In this document: positions 33,213 through 39,765 of the stretch, piece by piece
Numbering within the stretch: the stretch's first letter is position 1
Layout: each line of letters opens with the position of its first letter
From: Dicyema japonicum
Lineage: Eukaryota; Animalia; Dicyemida
Assembly: GCA_011109175.1 (NCBI GenBank)
Contig: RDEW01000093.1
Coordinates: forward strand, 48,385-88,149
DNA length: 39,765 nucleotides
Direction: 5' to 3'
Made by a program: the position numbers and the translations under genes
The notes under the pieces: model-generated
Seen by the model: only the letters and a program-made list of their open reading frames with translations
Database searches by the model: none
Told to the model about the DNA's origin: nothing

Positions 33213-36200
33213 ATGCTTTCTTCAATATTTCTAATAATATCTATTTTAAAGTGTCAATATAACTTACCCCTTAAAAGTAAATATTGTTTAATCCAACTAG
33301 ACGATATTAATATTACAACAATTTTTGATAATCTTCAATATGAAACAGAAAAAAGAGCAATGGCTTGGTGCGTTAACTCGGGTATTATAAAAGCGATCAT
33401 TTATTGGTCATTGGAAACAAATAATTCCAAAATTTATATATCAGAAAATTTAAATTTTTTTAATATTGAAGTCGATTCAAATAAAAATCTTGGTGCGTTA
33501 ACTCGGGTATTATAAAAGCGATCATTTATTGGTCATTGGAAACAAATAATTCCAAAATTTATATATCAGAAAATTTAAATTTTTTTAATATTGAAGTCGA
33601 TTCAAATAAAAATCTGTCATTATCTTGTTATGGATTTGATGTATATGGTCGTATGATTAAAAGAACAATGAAGTTAACATTTTTGGAATGGAAAACTGGT
33701 TTAAATTTATTTTAAAATTTCAAGGATTTCCTAGAATAAATGAAAAACCGTCATATTTTTCAAATGATTTTGGTTTACATTATTTATACTGTCATGCAAA
33801 TGGTGAATTGCCATTAAAAATTATATGGTTTAAAAACTATGAAATTTTCGAACCATTAAATAGTTTTAAAATTTATTTTTTTACTTTAAGAGTCAAATGA
33901 CGAAAAACAAATAAATGTCAATTCTAGCGGAGACTATTTTTGCTTGGCCGTTAACCGTCATGGAATTGCATTGTCTAAGAATATTGAAGTGACAATTGGT
34001 ATCAAATAATAACAAATTATTTAAGATTTGGATATTTTCCCGTACTTTTCAACTATTTTGAATGATACTTACATAATAAAGAAGGAAAAAATAATTACAT
34101 GCAAAATAGATGGAATTCCAAAACCGAAAATTTTTTGGATAAACGACAAATTTAAAATTATAAATAATAATATTATGACTATGAACCAAACTTCATCAAT
34201 TCAAAAATTCATGTGTATTGGTTACTCTACTATTGGAACTATTTATAAGAAAATTGAATTTATTCAATATGGTTGATTTTTATCAATTATTGATTTGAAT
34301 AGATATTTATAATTCATTTTTTGATATTAAGGCATGGGCCATCACAAATTCATCAGCTTTAATTTATTGGAATCCTTCAACGACTGATATTGTAACATAT
34401 TTAGAAATAAATTTATTTTAATAGAACTACCAGGTATATATAGGAACATCAGCAAACCATATTAATAATACAATTGTTCCTCCCTTTTTGAGCACAAGAA
34501 AAAATATTTTATCTATAAATAACTTAAAAAGAATGGAATATTTTATTACTATCCATAGAATACGACTTCTGCGAACAATTAAAAGTCCTGTGATCTACCT
34601 AAATATGTCAAAAATATGTTTAAAAAATTTTTATTTTTATAGATCCATTATTTAAAATACAAATAAATGTAACCAGTATCACATCACATAGCATCGCTAT
34701 AAAATGGAAAATTAATAAAAATATATTAATCAGAAACTACAAGTTATATATAAAAGAAATCAGTCAAATTTACTGGAAAGTATTTAATTTTATATTATTA
34801 ATATAACATTAAGTATTGATTATGTATTTAGTTTCAAAATATTTGAATATTTTTTTATATTTAGGAAACAACAACTGTCAATAACAAAGAAATTTTTTTT
34901 GACAATTTGCTACCAAATACTATGTATAAAATATCAATTTCAGCAATAACTCTCAAAGAGGAAGGTCCTTATTTAAAAAATGTTGAAATTAAGACTCATA
35001 AATACAGTAAATTTAAAGTACCTAAAAATAGAACCAATATATTCACCTTTACTTATCAGTGCATTTCCAATTAATTCTAATGAAATAGAAATAAATTGGT
35101 TACCATTTAGTCGTATAGAAGACAATATTAGTTATTATCGCATTTATTTGGAGGAAAATAATATTTCCATAAGAAAAATCAATATTTATTTAAATGTAAA
35201 AAATATATTTCTACAAAAAACTGTTATTAAAGAATTAAAATCATATACTTACTACAAAATTTTTACTAGCATGGTAAATGAATTCGGAGAAGGCCCTTTA
35301 TCAAAGTCAAAAATAATTAGAACTAAAAATAAAGGTTTAATAAATTCAACTATTTATAATTAGTACCCGATCCGCCGCGAAATATTACAATAAGTGTTTC
35401 ATCACCAAATAGTGTATTAATAAAATGGAATAATGCAAATACATCAGCTAATCTGATTAATTTCTACAAATTTATATTTTATTGTGAAAATAGTCAAGAG
35501 AAAATGTATAAACTTTTTGATAATGTTATTTCCATCGGAAATTTGCCCGAAAATTGTATTATGCTCATTAGACTATTGGCTGTTAATTCTGAAGGATATA
35601 GCAATGAATCTACAAAACTAATTAAAAATATTATTTATAAGGGTTATTAAGTTATTTGAATTAATCTAGGTCCTACACCACCAATTGTGAATTGTTATCG
35701 ATTGAACTCAACCTGTGCTTTATTTAAATTTAACGAAGTTTTTGAAAAGTTGAGAATCCTATGTTCTGAATTAAATTCAAATAAATCAGCTACAATTTAT
35801 GAAACCAATTCATATAATTATAAAATTTGTGGATTAATCAAACGAAAATCATATTTATGCTTAATACAAGCTAAACAATTCGGAGTATTTGGAGAAAAAA
35901 ATAGAGAAGTTTTAATTGGTGGAGGTTTAATAATTAATGAATTTTTTTATAGAAATTTACGATGAATTAATAATTTTATCAAATACTTCAACTGATATAT
36001 CAGTTAATATTAAAATTAAAAAACCAAAAAATTTAAATGTAAGACATTATATTGTATAATATATTTATTAAAATTTTAAGATACATTATCATGGGTATAA
36101 AAAATATTTGACTGAATATAACATGTTGGATTACGTCAACCTCTCTAGGAAAATGATTTTAATTGCTAATAATAGAACTTTAGAAAATATAAATATAAAT

Positions 36201-38918
36201 GGTCTCATTCCTTATATGACGTATGTGATCACAATAAATTCTGAATATTACAATGGAAAAATTGGTACGCCATCTAAATTTATAACATTCACAAATAAAT
36301 CTGGTAAATAAATTTCATCAAGCGTTTTAGCCCCTCGTAATTTAAAGCCTCCGAAAATTTATTGGGACAAAAATAAAATAATGGTTTATTTAGAAAATGC
36401 ATCAGAAATAAATGGAATAATAGCATATAGTATTCTTGCAGTTGTGTCTGAAAAAATGTGGAATCAAAAATTATTTTTTAATAATGTATATATTCAAATA
36501 AAAAATTAAGATAATCCAAAATTTTTCAGATTACTGTTTATTGGACATTTGTTTATTAGCAAAATGGTATGGAAGAAACATTCAGACTAATTTAGAAATT
36601 GGAGATGGATTCATTAGAAATGGATACAAAAATGTGAAACTTTTAAAAAATAAAAAATATCGATTTGCTATTCGATATTTTGTTAGTAAAAATGTAATTA
36701 AACTATGCACAATTATTTTAGATTTATGGTACCAGTGAGTTTAGTAAAACCCTAATTTTGATAAGTAAAAGTTCGATTAATCTCCTTTCATGGCATTATG
36801 CTGCTATTGCATTCGGATTGATAGCGTTAATTTCTTTAATATGTGGAATTTTGATTAGATCTTATAAAAAGTTAACATTTTAAAATAAAACTTTGCAGGG
36901 GAAAAAATCATTCTACCATGTTGCATGCAAACTTAAATAATTCTAAAGAATTATTTTTTCAGAAAAAGAACTCTTCTCGAACAAGTGAACCTGGAATTTT
37001 TTTAAATTCAAGTAAATACGAATTCTTAATTTTTAAGTTCTCCATTCGAACAAAAAATTGATGAACTATACTAGTTTCATAGAACATTATAATATTCTGA
37101 AAGAAAATAAAGATAATTTAATAAAAGAATTTAATCTACTCACTAAAGCACAGAAACTTAAAAAAATGAACAATACTATTGAACATTTGGATGTTGAAAG
37201 TTATCTAATAAATTGTTTTAAAAACAAAAGTTGGTGCATGAATGTTGATGTATTTGAAAAGCATTTTATTAATTTTATAGGTGTTTCTGAAATCACCTGG
37301 AAGTTTCTGGAATAAAATTTATCAATTAAATATAGTTACTATAATATCAATAGGAAATACAGCTGAATTTATTGTAACTTTTTATTTAAATATAGGATGA
37401 CATAATTAATCAAACTTATTTTTCAAAAAATGACGATAAATCAATAAAATTTATCCAAACAAATGTTCTAGCAGAATTTACTCATTGTCAGTTTAAATTT
37501 ATAGCAGTTGTATTTGTATAATTAACATAGCCGGGTAATGATAAAATAATAGATTGTTTCCATTTACATATGATTGATTACAAAACGTGGAATACATCTT
37601 CTTTTATTAGATTTTTACAAATAGTAAGAAAATTTTATAAAACTAACTTTAAATATCAATATTGCTTGATTTATAATAGGTTTATTTTAGATTTACTTTT
37701 AGCAAAAAAATAAATTTTGTTGGATTATATCTAATTATTGATAACGTAATGAGTTCTTTTCATTCAAAAACTATGATTAATATTTTTGATGATGTTGAAA
37801 AACTTATTACAGAATTTCCACCTACATCCTTTAACACATATGATTATTTATTGTTGTATGAAATTTCAGTAGAAATCATTGAAGTATCAACTCATATTAT
37901 TGAAATTGATAAATTAAAAAATTTTTATACAAAAAGTGAATATTTTGAAACCGAATTTATGGTTTTTTGAATAATTTAAATATAATAGAGGTTGAAACAT
38001 CACTCGAAATATTTATATAATATGACAATCGCAGTTTCAAAAGAAAATTTCATGAAAAATCGTTTTACAGACACACTTCCATGTATTATATGATTGAAAT
38101 TAATTTAGTTGACGAAAAAAGATTTATTTTTCAGTCGAGCAAAAGCAATTTATACATAAATGCATGCTATATTGATGTAAAATTATTTTATTACCAATTT
38201 AATAGAGTTTTAAAAAAGCAAATTCAATATTAGCTGCACAGTGTCCATTTGAAGAAACAATCAATGATTTTATTCATATGCTGTGGCATTCAAAAACAAG
38301 ATTTTTAATAGTTTTATGTTGTTTTCAAAATCATGGTGATGTATCGGTTTATAAAATTAATTATAGAAAAAATGTCCTACTATTTGGTTGGAAAATTCTT
38401 CCGTTGAATATGAACAGTTTAGAATTGAATCGTTAGGTGAGTCAATAACCAACCAATATATTTTCAAAAAAGTGAAAATTACAAATTTAACGGTACGAAA
38501 TATTTCCTTAAATATTAATAAGACGAGAGAATCCTTAATTATCAGTCAATATTATTACACTAAATGGAATAAGCGTGGTATCCTTCATCTAGGAAACTTC
38601 ATTAACTTTGTACAAGAAATAATGTTAAAAACATCAACGATAACTTTATCACCTTTAACTATTGTTTGCAGGTATTGAAATCAAATTTATATAGTTCTGG
38701 TTCGGATCGTTGTGGAATTTTTATTACGTTGTTTAATTTGTTGCAACAGATGCAAATTTATAATAATATGGATATAATGGGGACAATCATAAGATTAAGA
38801 CAACAAAAAATGGGAATGATTAGAACAATAGTATAATAATCATATTTTTTAGATTCAGTATAATACATGCTACAAAGCCATATTTGAATTTATTAATATG
38901 AAGTTACAAACGGAATAA
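33213..38918 (+). CDS. LAR-like (type IIA) receptor protein tyrosine phosphatase: signal peptide, ~3 Ig-like, ~6-7 FN3, TM, eroded D1, recognisable D2; many 22-40 nt introns
   Basis: Ig motifs (YCHANGELPLKIIWFKN, GDYFCLAVNRHG, CKIDGIPKPKIFW) and FN3 motifs (NLLPNTMYKISISA...EGP, LKSYTYYKIF...NEFGEGP). TM YAAIAFGLIALISLICGILI near 36790-36860. D2 motifs KNRFTDTLP, YINACYID, AAQCPFEETINDF..MLW, KCPTIW and IVCSSGSDRCG. A 125-bp exact duplication at 33366-33615 breaks the first exon frame. Confidence 0.9.
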
Positions 38919-39027
38919 ATAAAATAATTAAATTATTACTAGTGTTGAAAATTTTGTTAATTATTATAAATGAAACAAAAGACCTTTATATTTTATAAAT
39001 TTTTGAGATTAAGTTAGTTGATTACAG

Positions 39028-39055
39028 GGTCACGGGTTCGAGACCCGTACAGGGC
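39028..39055 (+). tRNA. Isolated tRNA 3' half (T arm + acceptor strand); fragment or SINE remnant
   Basis: GGTC-ACGGG-TTCGAGA-CCCGT-ACAGGGC. No D arm or anticodon arm upstream. Confidence 0.45.
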
Positions 39056-39479
39056 TTTAAATTTTGGCTTTCTTGGCAAATGAAATCTTTTATTACATTG
39101 GATCTCATTGTTGTTTGTTCGAATCTGAAGATGGACATTACGGCGCATTGAAAGTACGTCCATCCAAATGAAACATCAATAAGACCGTTTACCATTATCA
39201 CTTTATTCTTCTCTCATATCTTTTTTGCCACACAATAATTACATGCCAAACTTCCATTTTCTTTACGTAATTCAGCATGCTATTTTCTTCAAAGATTACA
39301 AGGCCCACTTCTTGCCTAATTGACTTTAACAAGCGAAACAACGTGGATTTCAAATTCTACAAAATATTAGTTTTTGTATTTCTGAACAAGGCTGGTTTAT
39401 ACACTCGTTATGCCTCACCATCTGGACATTTGACAGGTTCCTGATATCTTCTTTTCTCCCAGTCTGTTTCTCGATATAA

Positions 39480-39765
39480 AGTCTGACCCCGTTTCGGGGC
39501 ACACCCCGGCGGTGGGGCATCCCCGCATTTCGGGGCATTTTTCATTTGGAGTCAATTTTCCAGCATTAATTTCCAAATTTGGAAATTTTCTGGACCCCCA
39601 AACCAGGGCACAAAGTATTTGAAATATTCCAGAAACTCAGAGAACATAATTTTCTATTATCAGGCCCAATCATTAAAAAATGCTTTATTGTTGCATCAAA
39701 AATTGGATTACAGTACTTCTATGTAGCAATTATGAGGGTGAAAAACTTGAACCACTGATTATTGG
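39480..39765 (+). mobile_element. pogo/Tigger (CENP-B-like) DNA transposon relic, left end, runs off the window
   Basis: KVFEIFQKLREHNFLLSGPIIKK...KIGLQYF (CENP-B-type HTH) overlaps NWITVLLCSNYEGEKLEPLIIG (DDE_1 start) in another frame. GC-rich terminal palindromes lie at 39487-39537. Confidence 0.72.

Noticed and set aside
39060-39400. Possible Merlin/ISXO2 transposase relic (minus strand)
   Set aside because: Only scattered resemblance with many stops; cannot be supported without an HMM search.

Overview
AT-rich eukaryotic (animal) genomic DNA with very short spliceosomal introns (mostly 21-36 nt, GT-AG), standard genetic code, several N gaps and signs of haplotype overlap at scaffold joins. 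The micro-introns and a PIH1D2-like ciliary gene suggest a reduced, ciliated parasitic metazoan such as a dicyemid. That is an inference; BLAST of the 18S fragment at 25311-25456 would settle it. Four host genes can be reconstructed by hand: a PIH1D2-like gene (-), a CARD-caspase with a nonsense codon in the CARD exon (+), an MTM1/MTMR2-type myotubularin whose catalytic motif reads HSSDGLDK (-), and a LAR-like Ig/FN3 receptor PTP whose D1 active site is erased (+). Most of the rest is decayed transposable elements: RTE LINEs, I/Jockey-group LINE pieces, an R4/Dong-type RLE tail, at least eight CRE-clade 3' fragments, a TIR element with TGT...ACA ends and a 5-bp TSD (Ginger-like), a pogo/Tigger relic, a ~191-bp tandem repeat and two tRNA-derived SINE families. 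The most novel-looking signal is a SINE family (six copies, two subfamilies). Its ~63-nt core folds into a four-helix pseudoknot with HDV-ribozyme-like topology and compensatory base changes between subfamilies, but it lacks the canonical HDV catalytic residues.
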